This document shows positions 1 to 10,582 of a stretch of 63,429 bases of DNA, one piece after another. Within the stretch, counting starts at the first letter, position 1. Each line of letters begins with the position of its first letter. A program made the position numbers and the translations under genes. Source of the stretch: Patescibacteria group bacterium. Its GTDB lineage: Bacteria > Patescibacteriota > CPR2 > UBA1875 > CAIMLA01. The notes below the pieces were generated by a model. That model worked only from the letters and a program-made list of their open reading frames with translations. It made no database searches and had not been told where the DNA came from. The stretch is from contig JAQUMB010000001.1 in the NCBI GenBank assembly GCA_028718325.1, positions 1 through 63,429 on the forward strand, read 5' to 3'.

Positions 1-186
1 ATCGCCCTTATTTATCTTGAGAAAGAAAAGCTTTGTCTTTTCCTTCAAGGTAAAGGAGCGGGACCTTTCGGGGGATAAACGGCCCGGAGCACTAACGTGT
101 TTCGGGCCTCAACTTTTTGTAAAAAGTTGTTGAAATTTATAAAAAATGTTATAGTTTTGAAAGGTTTTAGTCTATAAATAAGTGAA

Positions 187-2451
187 ATGTCTAAAAAATT
201 AATTGTTAGAACGGCAAAACTTTTAACTGAATCAAAACGAGGCAGTCGCAGCAAAGGCGTTGCTATTACATATGAGCATATCCCACAGGATGTTGAGGAA
301 CGGAATCATGGCTCTATTTATGCTGTTATAAATATCAACGCTCCAAACGGTGATGCCCAGGAAATCACTGAATTAATTTTAGATGCTTTTCATGGTGAAT
401 ATTATCAGGACCTAAGTCGAGATCCATTGTCAAGTTTTGAAACAGCTTTAGCCAAGGTCAACGAAGAGCTTGGCGAAGCCACTCAACAGGGAAACACTAG
501 CTGGCTCAAAAACCTAAATGCAATCTTGGCTGTTTTGAGCGGCACTACATTACATATAACAAAGGCTGGCAAAACCGAAGCATATTTATACCGAGGCGAA
601 AAATCAAGCTTTATTAGCGATGATCTCGGCGGAGATACTGTTAACCCGCTTCGGACTTTCATAAATGTAGCTAGCGGAGAACTCCAAGAAAATGACAAGG
701 TAGTGATCGCCACTCCCGGTGTATTCTTCCATATTTCTAAAGATGAATTACAAAAATACGTTCTAGAATTTCAACCAAAGGTCGCGATTAGCCATCTGGC
801 TGACCTGGTGGAAGGTACTTCTAGTGAAGTTAGTCCAAATGCTATTTTAATCCTTGAGGCAATTACTCCGGAGGTTGCTTCTAATGAAACTTTAGAAGAG
901 CAGCCTGATGAAGTTTGGATTTCAGAACCAAACAAACCAGTCCAAAACGCGATCGATACATCAGCTCCATTCATAAAAAAGGTTTTTTCCATTTTAACCT
1001 TTTCCTGGCTTGGAGTTATCGCTCTAGTCCAAGATTTTGTTATCCCACCTATTCTATTTGGTTATCATCAGACTGGGAAGTTGATTACAAACTTTAGATC
1101 GCAGAATGGGGCTAAAAAGAAGCCAAAGGAAAAGGTTCTAGTCGAGACAGAGGAATCAATCGTACCAAAGGAAGATTTAGATGATCTGGCAATCAAAGAA
1201 TCCGATGAATCGATTTTTGAAAAACCCAAAAAAGCAACTAGCCAAGAGATATTTATCAAAGAATCAGATCATAAGCCCAAATGGCTTAAATTGGAAAAGG
1301 TTGACTTCTCAGTTGCCAAAAATTTCGGACACAAGCTGAAAAAAACTTCAAGCAAGCTAACTACAAAGAGAAAAAATCTATTAATCATAGCTATCATTGT
1401 CCTTGTCTTAGTTGGCGCCGGTGTCTTTCTAACCTGGAGAGGAAAAGACAATAATAAGAATCTAAAACAGGCTCAAGCTTCTTTGACCGAGGTACAAAGC
1501 AAGTATGATATAGGCAAAAGTGCTCTCGCGAGCGGAGAAAAGCAAAAGGCGGCCGAAGCCCTGAGGAGTGCTGAAACAATTGCTAACAGTCTTGTAAACA
1601 ACAAAAATGTTGGTGGTAATGCTAAAAATTTATTAGCCAAAATTGAAACTTCATTAGATCAAGCTGAAGGCGTGGTACGGATAAATCCAAATTCGTTTTC
1701 TGATGCCAAAAACATTGTCGGTTCTAATCCCTTTGGCCCATATCTTATTGCCCAGACCCTATATTTAGTTAATAAGGATAACGCTTCTGTCGCAGCTATT
1801 AGTTCAGCTAGTGGTGAAGTATCAACGGCCATAGATAAGCCACAAGTTGATGGCAAGATTATTGCGGCAACCGCTGTCTCTAGACGTAGCGTTTTGGTCC
1901 TCTTCACCGAAAAGAGCAGTGTTTATGAATTTGACACCAAAGAACTAAAAATGGCCAAACAGGATATGGCTGGTGATGTCGAAAAATCAACCGCTCTGAC
2001 AAGTTATCTGACAAATATTTATAGTCTGGACGGAGTCAATGGCATCGTTTACAAAAGATTAAAGACTAGCACAGGTTATGCCAAAAGAACAAACTATATT
2101 ACCGACGGCAGTAATGTAAAAGGTGGCGCTGGTTTGGCAACAGATAGCAGCATCTATATTTTAGAAAATGACGGGCAAGTCGTGAAATATTTAGCCGGTA
2201 AAAAACAAAACTTCACAATTACTGATCTCCCCTTTACCTTAAGCAACCCAAACACAATTTTTGCCAACGAAGGTGTCAATGGTTTATATATTACTGATCC
2301 TGCAAAGAAACGGGTTGTTATCCTGGACGCAAACGGCAAATTTGTCAGTCAGCAGATTTCTGATAAATTCAATAACTTATCCGGAGTTTATGTCGTTGGT
2401 TCAACGCTATATGTTAGTGCTGATGGTCAACTTTACAAATTAACGATCTAA
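187..2451 (+). CDS. large membrane protein of unknown function (globular N-terminal domain, possibly PP2C/SpoIIE-like; central TM and coiled coil; beta-rich C-terminal domain)
   Basis: Uninterrupted 754-aa ORF. TM segment LLIIAIIVLVLVGAGVFLTW lies mid-protein, followed by a coiled-coil-like region and a repetitive beta-strand-like C-terminus. I could not verify any catalytic motif. Confidence 0.6.
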   Translation: MSKKLIVRTAKLLTESKRGSRSKGVAITYEHIPQDVEERNHGSIYAVININAPNGDAQEITELILDAFHGEYYQDLSRDPLSSFETALAKVNEELGEATQQGNTSWLKNLNAILAVLSGTTLHITKAGKTEAYLYRGEKSSFISDDLGGDTVNPLRTFINVASGELQENDKVVIATPGVFFHISKDELQKYVLEFQPKVAISHLADLVEGTSSEVSPNAILILEAITPEVASNETLEEQPDEVWISEPNKPVQNAIDTSAPFIKKVFSILTFSWLGVIALVQDFVIPPILFGYHQTGKLITNFRSQNGAKKKPKEKVLVETEESIVPKEDLDDLAIKESDESIFEKPKKATSQEIFIKESDHKPKWLKLEKVDFSVAKNFGHKLKKTSSKLTTKRKNLLIIAIIVLVLVGAGVFLTWRGKDNNKNLKQAQASLTEVQSKYDIGKSALASGEKQKAAEALRSAETIANSLVNNKNVGGNAKNLLAKIETSLDQAEGVVRINPNSFSDAKNIVGSNPFGPYLIAQTLYLVNKDNASVAAISSASGEVSTAIDKPQVDGKIIAATAVSRRSVLVLFTEKSSVYEFDTKELKMAKQDMAGDVEKSTALTSYLTNIYSLDGVNGIVYKRLKTSTGYAKRTNYITDGSNVKGGAGLATDSSIYILENDGQVVKYLAGKKQNFTITDLPFTLSNPNTIFANEGVNGLYITDPAKKRVVILDANGKFVSQQISDKFNNLSGVYVVGSTLYVSADGQLYKLTI

Positions 2452-2458
2452 AAAATTG

Positions 2459-3775
2459 TTATATCGTAACTTTTTCTATCTTTAAAATATTTCTAAGCCT
2501 ATTAGGGAGGTTACCATAGCCCCTCTCTAGCATTTCTATGCCCTTCAATGTCGTAGTACCTTTTGCTATAGCTGCTGCGATCAGATAGGCTAGTCCAGCC
2601 CGAAGATCGGGTATTTCTAAAACGCCTTGTGCATTAAGTAAAGTTGGACCTTTAATAATAGCGCTATGTTTAAAGCTTTGGCCTTCGAATCGACATTTAT
2701 TGCCCAAGCAATTTGTTGACAACGTTGTGTTGGCTCCCAGTTTATTAAGTGCTTCCAGATAGCCAAACCTTTGTTCATAGACAGTTTCATGGATCTTTGA
2801 AGTTCCTTCTGCTTGAGTCAAAAGGATTGCAAATGGTTGTTGCCAATCAGTTGAAAACCCAGGATAAACATCGGTCTCAATGTTGGTGGAACTCAATTTA
2901 CTTTTTCGATAAAATTTCATTTTTTCTTCATCGATCAATTCAAATCCTCCACCAATCTTTTGATAATATGAAAGGAAATTCCCTAAAGTTTCCGGGATGA
3001 TTCCTTCTACAATGATTTCACCATCAGAGGCACAGGCTAAACAAGCCCAGGAGGCACCTTCGATACGATCTCCCGATATCTTTGTCTTGGTGCCTTGTAA
3101 TTTTGATATCCCTTCTACCTTTATCGTTCTACCGGGAGAGGTAAAAATAATCGCCCCCATAGATCTGAGCATAGTAATCAAAGCAATAATTTCTGGCTCC
3201 AGGGCTGTATTCTCGATAACCGTAGTCCCTTTTGCTAAAACGCTTAAGAATAAACAAGTTTCGGTTGCCCCGACACTTGGATATGGCAAAGTGATATGTG
3301 TTGATTTGAGTCCTTTCTTTGCATATGCAGTATATCCAGACTCATCACACCTGATAACCCCTCCAAATTTTCTAATTGCTTCTATGTGAAAATCAACATT
3401 CCTTTTGCCTATATTACAACCGCCCAGAACTGGAACCTCAGCTTTTCCAAACCGGTGTAAAAGCGGGCTTAGTAACAATATAGGGATACGATTACTGCCA
3501 GAATCAGGACATGGAACTTTGGATGTTTTTATTTCGGAAGGATCTATTAATAGACTATTTTTCTTCTTGTCATATTCAACCTTTACTCCTATCGCCGTGA
3601 GCATTTCTAGTGTTAAGTCGATATCACCGATGTCGGGAACGTTAGTTAAGACACTCTTTTCTCGGGTCAACAAAGCAGCAACCATAGCTTTGGTTGCAAA
3701 ATTTTTGGCTCCTAGACAGCGAATTGTCCCTTTTATTGGCTTTCCGCCTGTAATTTTATATGCAGATTTCATCAC
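2459..3775 (-). CDS. murA: UDP-N-acetylglucosamine 1-carboxyvinyltransferase
   Basis: 438 aa. N-terminus YKITGGKPIKGTIRCLGAKNFATKAMVAALL and overall EPSP-synthase-fold pattern are typical of MurA. It is last in the argS-capA-murA co-oriented run. Confidence 0.93.
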   Translation of the reverse strand: MMKSAYKITGGKPIKGTIRCLGAKNFATKAMVAALLTREKSVLTNVPDIGDIDLTLEMLTAIGVKVEYDKKKNSLLIDPSEIKTSKVPCPDSGSNRIPILLLSPLLHRFGKAEVPVLGGCNIGKRNVDFHIEAIRKFGGVIRCDESGYTAYAKKGLKSTHITLPYPSVGATETCLFLSVLAKGTTVIENTALEPEIIALITMLRSMGAIIFTSPGRTIKVEGISKLQGTKTKISGDRIEGASWACLACASDGEIIVEGIIPETLGNFLSYYQKIGGGFELIDEEKMKFYRKSKLSSTNIETDVYPGFSTDWQQPFAILLTQAEGTSKIHETVYEQRFGYLEALNKLGANTTLSTNCLGNKCRFEGQSFKHSAIIKGPTLLNAQGVLEIPDLRAGLAYLIAAAIAKGTTTLKGIEMLERGYGNLPNRLRNILKIEKVTI

Positions 3776-3806
3776 TCGTCTATTATAGACTAAAATTTGT
3801 AATTTA

Positions 3807-5303
3807 TCAGTTTTGAAATTCTTTGCTAATCGAGGCTGTAAAAATTCTGTTTAGGATTTGATTTGATTGATCTTCTGTCGTTAATCCCGGTTGATTATAA
3901 TCCTCAATCTGATATGGGATAAGCCTGATGTCAACCAATTTTTTGCTATAAAAGTAAGCCTCAGCCACCACACCTTGCTTAGTTTCCATCGACCACTCTT
4001 GGTCAAAAATAAAATTCCCTAGTGAGTATAATATTGGTTTTCCTTGATAGCTTTCAGCTCCTTGAACAACATGCGGGTGAGTCCCTACTATCAAGTCAGC
4101 TCCTGATTCCATTGCGGCATGGGCAACGTTGACCTGCGATTGGATAGGATCGGCTTGATACTCGACTCCCCAATGAAATTCAGCTACCACAATATCGGCC
4201 TGCTTTTTTGTTTCTTTGATCATGGTTTTAATTCTTGCGATGTCTGTCTGGTCGTCGATTTCCGCCCACGGTTTGATCGCAAATTTAGCCACACCAGCCG
4301 AATCGTCAGTAGCGTTAATGGCTCCTATTATCGAATTAAAGTCGACAAAACCCCATTTCAGGCCGTTTCTTTCAATAAATAAAGACCTGTAAGCCTCCTC
4401 CGAGTTAATGCCTCCGCCGACATAACTGATTCCTTCTTTTTTTAATAACTCTAGGGTGTCATTAAAAACATTTACGCCATAGTTGGTGCTGTGGTTGTTT
4501 GCCAGAGCCACGATATCAACCCCAGCCATTTTTAGTCCAGCAATCGATTTTTGTGGAGCGATAAAACTCATACCTTCATCTGGAGGACTAACTCGATCTG
4601 AAAGCGGCGTCTCCAAATCAGCAAAAGTTATATCCCCTTTCTTAAGAAGATCAGCCATTTTCAGCCATGGATGGGTATAATCATTATACGTTCGCATTTT
4701 GTATGCCACATGCCGACCTAAAATAACGTCACCAACATTAGTCAAAAGCGTTATTTTATTCTGTATAAATGCATTGCTAGCTTTTGATTTATCGCTGGTT
4801 TTCAACTTTAGTTTCAATGTATAATCTGTGGCCGTTTTGTCCCACAATAGCTTATTATCGACTTTTAGAGTTTTTACTCGTGAATCAGCAGTTTGAAAAG
4901 GAACAATTGCTAAGCGATTACTCTTTTCGCCAACTAAGTTAACAATCTCTTGATCCCCCAAAAACTGTACTTTTGGCTGAAAGTTGTCCAAGTTAAATAA
5001 TTTTCTGACATTTTCCCTTTCATCAGCACTTACATAAACATCCTCATTTGATTCATTAGCTAACTTGTTTTTTAATTCAGCAAAAGATATGGTATCAATT
5101 TTGTCTGAAAAGTGATTAATAGGAACATAATATTGTTCATATTCATATACTTCTGTTTTATTATTTTTGCTTGCCTTACCGGCTTTTGGCCAAGGTTGAA
5201 TAAAAACTACCGACAATATAGCCCCAATTATCAATAAAACCGCGCAAAAAATAAGCGCGGTTTTATTATTCCTTAATAATCTTCGTCTGCTTCGTTTCAT
5301 CAC
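3807..5303 (-). CDS. CapA-family (PGA_cap) metallophosphatase-like protein with N-terminal signal anchor
   Basis: 498 aa. Motifs ADLETPLS, ALANNHSTNYG and GTHPHVVQG are characteristic of the CapA/YwtB family. The start overlaps the argS stop by 4 nt. Confidence 0.85.
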   Translation of the reverse strand: MMKRSRRRLLRNNKTALIFCAVLLIIGAILSVVFIQPWPKAGKASKNNKTEVYEYEQYYVPINHFSDKIDTISFAELKNKLANESNEDVYVSADERENVRKLFNLDNFQPKVQFLGDQEIVNLVGEKSNRLAIVPFQTADSRVKTLKVDNKLLWDKTATDYTLKLKLKTSDKSKASNAFIQNKITLLTNVGDVILGRHVAYKMRTYNDYTHPWLKMADLLKKGDITFADLETPLSDRVSPPDEGMSFIAPQKSIAGLKMAGVDIVALANNHSTNYGVNVFNDTLELLKKEGISYVGGGINSEEAYRSLFIERNGLKWGFVDFNSIIGAINATDDSAGVAKFAIKPWAEIDDQTDIARIKTMIKETKKQADIVVAEFHWGVEYQADPIQSQVNVAHAAMESGADLIVGTHPHVVQGAESYQGKPILYSLGNFIFDQEWSMETKQGVVAEAYFYSKKLVDIRLIPYQIEDYNQPGLTTEDQSNQILNRIFTASISKEFQN

Positions 5304-6934
5304 ATTTTCTCAGGTGCCTCAATTCCGATTAAATCTTCCATTACAATTTGCAAGACTATTTTTGTCGCTTCGACCAAACTTAGTCGTGCCGCTGTGAGTT
5401 CAATGTCTTCTTCATTTATAACCCGACATTTGTCGTAAAAGCTATGGAACTTGGTGGCGATATCTTGGACATAGAAAGACAAGAAATGAACAGGGTAATC
5501 ATCAAAAAGGATAATACTCCTGACAATTGATTCTAATTGCGATAACTCGTCTATCAATTCAATTTCTTCTGGAGCAACTAATTTAGAAAGGTTTGCTTTC
5601 TCAACCTTTATTTTTTCAGCATTTCTTAGGATACCGGACAATCTGGCATAAGCATACTTGACATAAAAGACAGGGTTTTTTTCTGTTTTTTCTCTAGCCA
5701 TATTAAGATCAAAATCCATATGGGTGCTAAAGGCACGCGACAAAAAGAAGAATCTCGCCACATCACTCGCTTCGTTCACCGGCCCCCCAATCATTTCAAA
5801 GAGTTCATCCATCGTCACGTAGTTCCCTAGCCTTTTAGACATCCTGATCTCTTTGCCGTCTTGGATCAAACGAACTAGCTGCATCAAAACAATTTTAAGC
5901 TGTCCATCAAACCCCATTGCTTCTGTTGCGGCTTGCATTCGACCAATGTAGCCATGATGATCGGCACCCCAAAAATTTATCACCTTATCGAATTTTCTAG
6001 CTGCAAATTTATCCCAATGATAAGCTACATCATTAGCAAAATAGGTATTTTCACCATCGGCCTTGATCAGGACTCGATCTTTATCGTCACCAAATTTGGT
6101 AGTTCTAAACCAAACTGCCCCATCTTTGTCATACGTTAGGCCTTTTTTCTCGAAATCGGCCAAGGCTTTTTCTACCTCGCCGCTTTCAATTAATTTCTGT
6201 TCGCTGAACCAGTTGTCAAAGTTGATTTTCATCCTTCTGACTGATTTTTTTATTTGATTGTCCAAAATGTCTTGAGCCACAGTTTGCCCTAACTGCTTTG
6301 GTTTATCGCATAGCTCCTTAACTTTACTAATATTTTTTTTGGCCCATTCATCAATATAGTCTCCTCGATAGACTTCTTCTTCTTTCGAAAATCCGGCAGC
6401 AACGAGGACTGAATCCCCTAATATTTTGACTTGATTGCCGCCATCGTTAACTAAATATTCACGTTCTACTTTCGCTCCTGCCTTTTCGTAAACATTTGCC
6501 AAAACATCCCCACCAAAACCGCCTCTTCCATTAGCTAAGGTCAATGGCCCTGTCGGGTTGGCCGAAATAAATTCTATTTGTACTTTTTTCCCCTTGCAAA
6601 GATCATTATTCCCGTATTGTTTTTTTTCGTCTATGATCTGCTGTAAAATGTCATGAAACATAGCTTTTTTTAAGAAAATATTCAAAAAACCATTGATTGC
6701 TTCTGCCTTTTCAAGTCTGTTCCACCCACCCATTACTTTGGCTAGTTCTTTTGCTACTTCATCCGGCTTCTTTTTTAGTTGGCTTGCAATTCTGAATGAA
6801 ATATTTGTAGAAAAATCACCAAACTCCGGTTTGTCCGGACGAGTAATCTCGATGTTTTTTGAAAAAATCTTTACACCAGGATAGTTTGTCTCAATCCTTG
6901 AGATAATTTCATTTCTTATTTTGTCTTCAATCAT
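5300..6934 (-). CDS. argS: arginine--tRNA ligase
   Basis: Class I synthetase motifs ANPTGPLTLANGRG (HIGH-type region), GADHHGYIGR and MSKRLGNYV (KMSK). The ORF-track start at 7015 adds a hydrophobic artefact, so I start the gene at MIEDKIRNE (ATG 6934). Confidence 0.93.
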   Translation of the reverse strand: MIEDKIRNEIISRIETNYPGVKIFSKNIEITRPDKPEFGDFSTNISFRIASQLKKKPDEVAKELAKVMGGWNRLEKAEAINGFLNIFLKKAMFHDILQQIIDEKKQYGNNDLCKGKKVQIEFISANPTGPLTLANGRGGFGGDVLANVYEKAGAKVEREYLVNDGGNQVKILGDSVLVAAGFSKEEEVYRGDYIDEWAKKNISKVKELCDKPKQLGQTVAQDILDNQIKKSVRRMKINFDNWFSEQKLIESGEVEKALADFEKKGLTYDKDGAVWFRTTKFGDDKDRVLIKADGENTYFANDVAYHWDKFAARKFDKVINFWGADHHGYIGRMQAATEAMGFDGQLKIVLMQLVRLIQDGKEIRMSKRLGNYVTMDELFEMIGGPVNEASDVARFFFLSRAFSTHMDFDLNMAREKTEKNPVFYVKYAYARLSGILRNAEKIKVEKANLSKLVAPEEIELIDELSQLESIVRSIILFDDYPVHFLSFYVQDIATKFHSFYDKCRVINEEDIELTAARLSLVEATKIVLQIVMEDLIGIEAPEKM

Positions 6935-6986
6935 ACGGTTATTATAGTCGTTTTTTAGCTTGTTTGATAGTATAATTAAGCATGTT

Positions 6987-7439
6987 ATGGCCAACATTAA
7001 AGTAGTAACAGACAATCGAAAAGCTCGCTACAACTATGAGTTTCTCGAAACCTATGAAGCGGGAATTCAACTCACCGGACCAGAAGTAAAGTCAATAAAG
7101 TCCGGCCATATTAGTATTAATGAGGCTTTTGCTACCGTCAAAGACGAAGGAATTTGGCTATTGAATGCTCATGTCTCTCCTTATAAACCAGCCAGTAAAA
7201 ATAACGATGAACCCACTAGGTCAAGGAAGCTTTTATTGAACCAAAAAGAAGTTGACCACCTTCTCGGGAAAGTACAGACCGAAGGTCTCACACTCGTTCC
7301 GACAAAAGTTTATCTAAGCCATGGCTTAGTCAAAATTGAGATTGCTCTTGCACGCGGCAAAAAAGTACATGATAAAAGAGAAATCATAAAAAAACGCGAC
7401 ATAGATAGAGAAATGTCACGCGAACTTAAGAATAAATAA
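6987..7439 (+). CDS. smpB: SsrA-binding protein
   Basis: NRKARYNYEFLETYEAGIQLTGPEVKSIK and the C-terminal basic tail are typical SmpB. I start the gene at MANIKVV (ATG 6987). A TATAAT sits at 6971-6976, so the leader is very short. Confidence 0.93.
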   Translation: MANIKVVTDNRKARYNYEFLETYEAGIQLTGPEVKSIKSGHISINEAFATVKDEGIWLLNAHVSPYKPASKNNDEPTRSRKLLLNQKEVDHLLGKVQTEGLTLVPTKVYLSHGLVKIEIALARGKKVHDKREIIKKRDIDREMSRELKNK

Positions 7440-7440
7440 A

Positions 7441-8733
7441 TTATTTTTTTGCTACTTTTCGATAAAAGCGTATTAACTGATCCTTGCATTTATTTATTTC
7501 GTGCGCTTTTGCAATCGCTAAAGATTTTTTGCCAAACTCTCTGAGTCTATCTTCGTCTTCAAGAATTTTTAATATGTTTTTTGCCATTCCTTCGGCGTCA
7601 AAGGGTTTCGATATATATCCGTTCTTGCCATCAAGTACTATTTCAGGTATTGCAAGCTTTTTTACCCCCAATACTGGCAACCCCGAAGCCATAGTTTCTA
7701 ATACTACAAGACCTTGAGTTTCTATCGTGCTGGCTGTGACAAAAAAATCATATTCGCAAAGGTCTTGAGAAATTTTATTGATATCATATGCCCCACCAAA
7801 TTTTATCTCTTTGCTTAAATTAAGGTTTTTTACTAAACTCTGAAGCGACTTTTTTGACGGGCCATCACCTAAGATATCAAGCCGAAGATTTGGAATCTTT
7901 TTATGAGCTATCGAAAAAGCTTGGATTACAACCTCAATATTTTTTTCATGACCCAATCTCCCCATATGAATTATTCTATTCTGAATCGAATAATCACTCT
8001 TCTTTTTAAACAAGTCATAATCAATACCGTTGCTTAAAACCTCAACCTTTGTTTTAACCCCTTGCCTAATTAATGTGTCTCTCATCGCCTTTGAAGGAGT
8101 AAGTACCAGATCTGCTCGATTATAAACGACTCTCGTGTAGTCACGCCCAAACCGTTCTGTAAACCTTCCGTTGCTATTCTTTGAAGCCTTTTCAGTTATT
8201 TCCTTTATCCTTTGTCCTATATACGATTGAAATTTAGCTGAACCATATTTTTCTTTCGAGATATCGGCTTCAATCAATGCTTTTAAAAGTTTAGAAGAAT
8301 TGATATATGAAGCAATCTTGTTTATGCCAAACAAGGTAGTTGGCTTCAAATACACTAAAAAATCTGGGATATAGGTGTGATAAGTTTGAATATTTTTAAT
8401 TTTAAGAATTTTTGTAGCCCAGATGCCTATCCAGCCAATGCCTAACGGAGTCTGAATGTGGACTATATCTGGTTTAAATTCCTTAAGATCACTTGTAACG
8501 TTCAAAACAAAAGGCAAGGCTACTTTGTAGTCTTTGTAGGTTGGTGGAGTAACTGATAAATACCGTTTTATGGTAATGTTTGGATACGGTTTGTCTTTGT
8601 ATCGACCACACTTGGGACAAAATATTAGTATCTGATGTCCATCATCAGCCATTAGCTTTGTAAAACGATCGATACTCGTAACGACCCCATCCCTAATCGG
8701 CAAATATGTGTCTGTAAAAATTGCTATTCGCAT
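7441..8733 (-). CDS. glycosyltransferase family 4 (GT-B, retaining)
   Basis: MRIAIFTDTYLPIRDGV N-terminus. C-terminal E-x7-E motif ETQGLVVLETMASGLPVLG. The start was trimmed to MRIAIF. Confidence 0.85.
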   Translation of the reverse strand: MRIAIFTDTYLPIRDGVVTSIDRFTKLMADDGHQILIFCPKCGRYKDKPYPNITIKRYLSVTPPTYKDYKVALPFVLNVTSDLKEFKPDIVHIQTPLGIGWIGIWATKILKIKNIQTYHTYIPDFLVYLKPTTLFGINKIASYINSSKLLKALIEADISKEKYGSAKFQSYIGQRIKEITEKASKNSNGRFTERFGRDYTRVVYNRADLVLTPSKAMRDTLIRQGVKTKVEVLSNGIDYDLFKKKSDYSIQNRIIHMGRLGHEKNIEVVIQAFSIAHKKIPNLRLDILGDGPSKKSLQSLVKNLNLSKEIKFGGAYDINKISQDLCEYDFFVTASTIETQGLVVLETMASGLPVLGVKKLAIPEIVLDGKNGYISKPFDAEGMAKNILKILEDEDRLREFGKKSLAIAKAHEINKCKDQLIRFYRKVAKK

Positions 8734-8789
8734 AGTATATATTACCTTTGCTATTATATAATACAAGTAACGAAAGGATTTGTCACACC

Positions 8790-9512
8790 ATGAAACAAAA
8801 AGTCAGTGTCATCATAGCCGCCTATAATGAAGAACCTCGCATAGCCAAGGTTTTGTCCGTTGTCGAAAATCACCCCTTGGTTGATGAAGTAATCGTCGTA
8901 AATGACGGCTCCAAAGATAAAACTTCTGAAGTAGTAAAAAAATATAAGGTAACTCTGATCGAGAATGAAAAAAATTTGGGGAAAACTCTCTCCGTAAAGC
9001 GTGGCATCGAGAAAGCCAGAAACGATATTGTTTTGATGTTAGATGCAGATTTGGTTGGATTGACTTCAAAAAGCATTAATGCATTAGTTATACCTGTGAT
9101 AAACGGAAAAGTTGACTGGACATTAAGCTTGAGAGGCAACTCTTTTGGTTATATGAAAAAAATGGGAATTGATTGGGTCAGTGGTGAACGGGCAATAAGG
9201 AAAGAGTTACTCAAAGACCCTTTTATCTGGTCCAAACCAAAAGTTGGCTTCGGTCTAGAAACATTGATGAACAAATCATTTATTGATCGCGGAGCGACCT
9301 TTCAATCAATTTATTTGCCAAACTTAAGGGTTGTCAATAAAGCAGATAAGATCGGACTCGTTAAGGGCTGGTATTGTGAAATAAAAATGGTAAGACAGAT
9401 TTCCAGGGTTTTACCTCTCTACAAAGTAATCGCTCAGTTTATAACTATGGCTAAACTTAACAAACGATACAAGAGCAGTCTAAGCTTAGAGCAACAGCCA
9501 AATGAAGCATAA
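8790..9512 (+). CDS. glycosyltransferase family 2
   Basis: VSVIIAAYNEE, VVNDGSKDKT and LDADL motifs (GT-A DxD type). I start the gene at MKQKVSV. Confidence 0.85.
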   Translation: MKQKVSVIIAAYNEEPRIAKVLSVVENHPLVDEVIVVNDGSKDKTSEVVKKYKVTLIENEKNLGKTLSVKRGIEKARNDIVLMLDADLVGLTSKSINALVIPVINGKVDWTLSLRGNSFGYMKKMGIDWVSGERAIRKELLKDPFIWSKPKVGFGLETLMNKSFIDRGATFQSIYLPNLRVVNKADKIGLVKGWYCEIKMVRQISRVLPLYKVIAQFITMAKLNKRYKSSLSLEQQPNEA

Positions 9513-10521
9513 ATCACATCTTATTAGAAACATTATTTTTATACTTCTAATCGCTATTTTTGCTTGGTATATTTTTTCTCATCACGACGAATTTAATAAA
9601 TTTATAAATGCCTTGTCACAAGGAAGTTGGCGCTGGCTACTTTTGGCTTTAGCAATCCAAGCTCTTTACTATTGCATTATCACCCTCATGACTAGATCTG
9701 CCTTCAAAGTAGTCCACATGGATAGAAAATTTTTTGACACACTCCCCTTGGTGTTTGGGGCCCTATTTGTAAATGTTCTTGCTCCTACAGGTGGTCAAAC
9801 GGGTACTATCTTATTCGCCGACGATGCGGTGAGAAGAAATGAGTCCTCACCTAAAGCAGTTATAGCTAGTGTCATATCCACGGTAGTGAGCTATATGGCA
9901 TTCTCATTTATTTTGATATTTTCTTTATTTTATCTCAAGGGGGCCAATCTTTTGAATAATTATGAAGTAATCGGGGCAATCATCTTTATTTTTCCTACTG
10001 TAATTCCTGGGATTTTGATTTTTACTTCTCATCGCTATCCAAAATTTACACTAAAAATCTTAAATATGATTCACAGTTTTGCTCTGAGGATTACAAAACT
10101 TCTTCGTAGAAAGACTAGGCTTTCCAGTGACTGGGCTCAAAAAATTGCAACTGAGCTCTCTGAAGCATCAACTTTGGTACTTAAAAACAGAAAAAAATTA
10201 TTAATAACCTTTCTTTTTGCCTTGGTTGCGTATGCGATCAACATATTGTCACTATTTGTTATATTCGAAGCTTTTGAGCTGCACCTGCATTATGGTGCTC
10301 TGATTGCCGGTTTTGCTTTTGGTGAAGTGGCCAGAATTGTCTCGCCGCAACCAGAAGGAATTGGAGTTGTCGAAGTGGCGATGGCAGTAATCTTTACATC
10401 TTTTGGGGTATCTCCTATCCAAGCAACAGCCATTGCCATTATCTTTAGGGGGTTTAACTTTTGGCTACCACTCAGTGTCGGATTTATCTTGCTCAAAAGG
10501 CTAAAAACTTTTTCACCCTAA
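9502..10521 (+). CDS. flippase-like / lysylphosphatidylglycerol-synthase TM-region (UPF0104) family membrane protein
   Basis: 339-aa polytopic membrane ORF. It overlaps the GT2 gene by 11 nt. This is a family-level call from the overall pattern only. Confidence 0.65.
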   Translation: MKHKSHLIRNIIFILLIAIFAWYIFSHHDEFNKFINALSQGSWRWLLLALAIQALYYCIITLMTRSAFKVVHMDRKFFDTLPLVFGALFVNVLAPTGGQTGTILFADDAVRRNESSPKAVIASVISTVVSYMAFSFILIFSLFYLKGANLLNNYEVIGAIIFIFPTVIPGILIFTSHRYPKFTLKILNMIHSFALRITKLLRRKTRLSSDWAQKIATELSEASTLVLKNRKKLLITFLFALVAYAINILSLFVIFEAFELHLHYGALIAGFAFGEVARIVSPQPEGIGVVEVAMAVIFTSFGVSPIQATAIAIIFRGFNFWLPLSVGFILLKRLKTFSP

Positions 10522-10530
10522 TAATAAATA

Positions 10531-10559
10531 TTGATTTTTATTGCTTTTTGTGCTATAAT
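10531..10559 (+). promoter_or_regulatory. sigma70-type promoter for ssrA
   Basis: TTGATT (10531-10536), 17-nt spacer, then TGcTATAAT (extended -10, TATAAT at 10554-10559). It sits about 24 nt upstream of the tmRNA 5' end. Confidence 0.55.
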
Positions 10560-10582
10560 TCTAAAGTTATTGAACACTAAGA

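Noticed and set aside
45-140. A relatively GC-rich segment (GGAGCGGGACCTTTCGGGGGATAAACGGCCCGGAGCACTAACGTGTTTCGGGCCTC), followed by the hairpin CAACTTTTTGTAAAAAGTTG at the window start. I considered a riboswitch, SRP RNA, 6S RNA or the 3' end of an RNA gene.
   Set aside because: It matches none of the conserved cores I can recall (SRP domain IV, fluoride, preQ1, ZTP, guanidine). It is truncated by the window edge. The 69-aa ORF on the minus strand there is also unconvincing.
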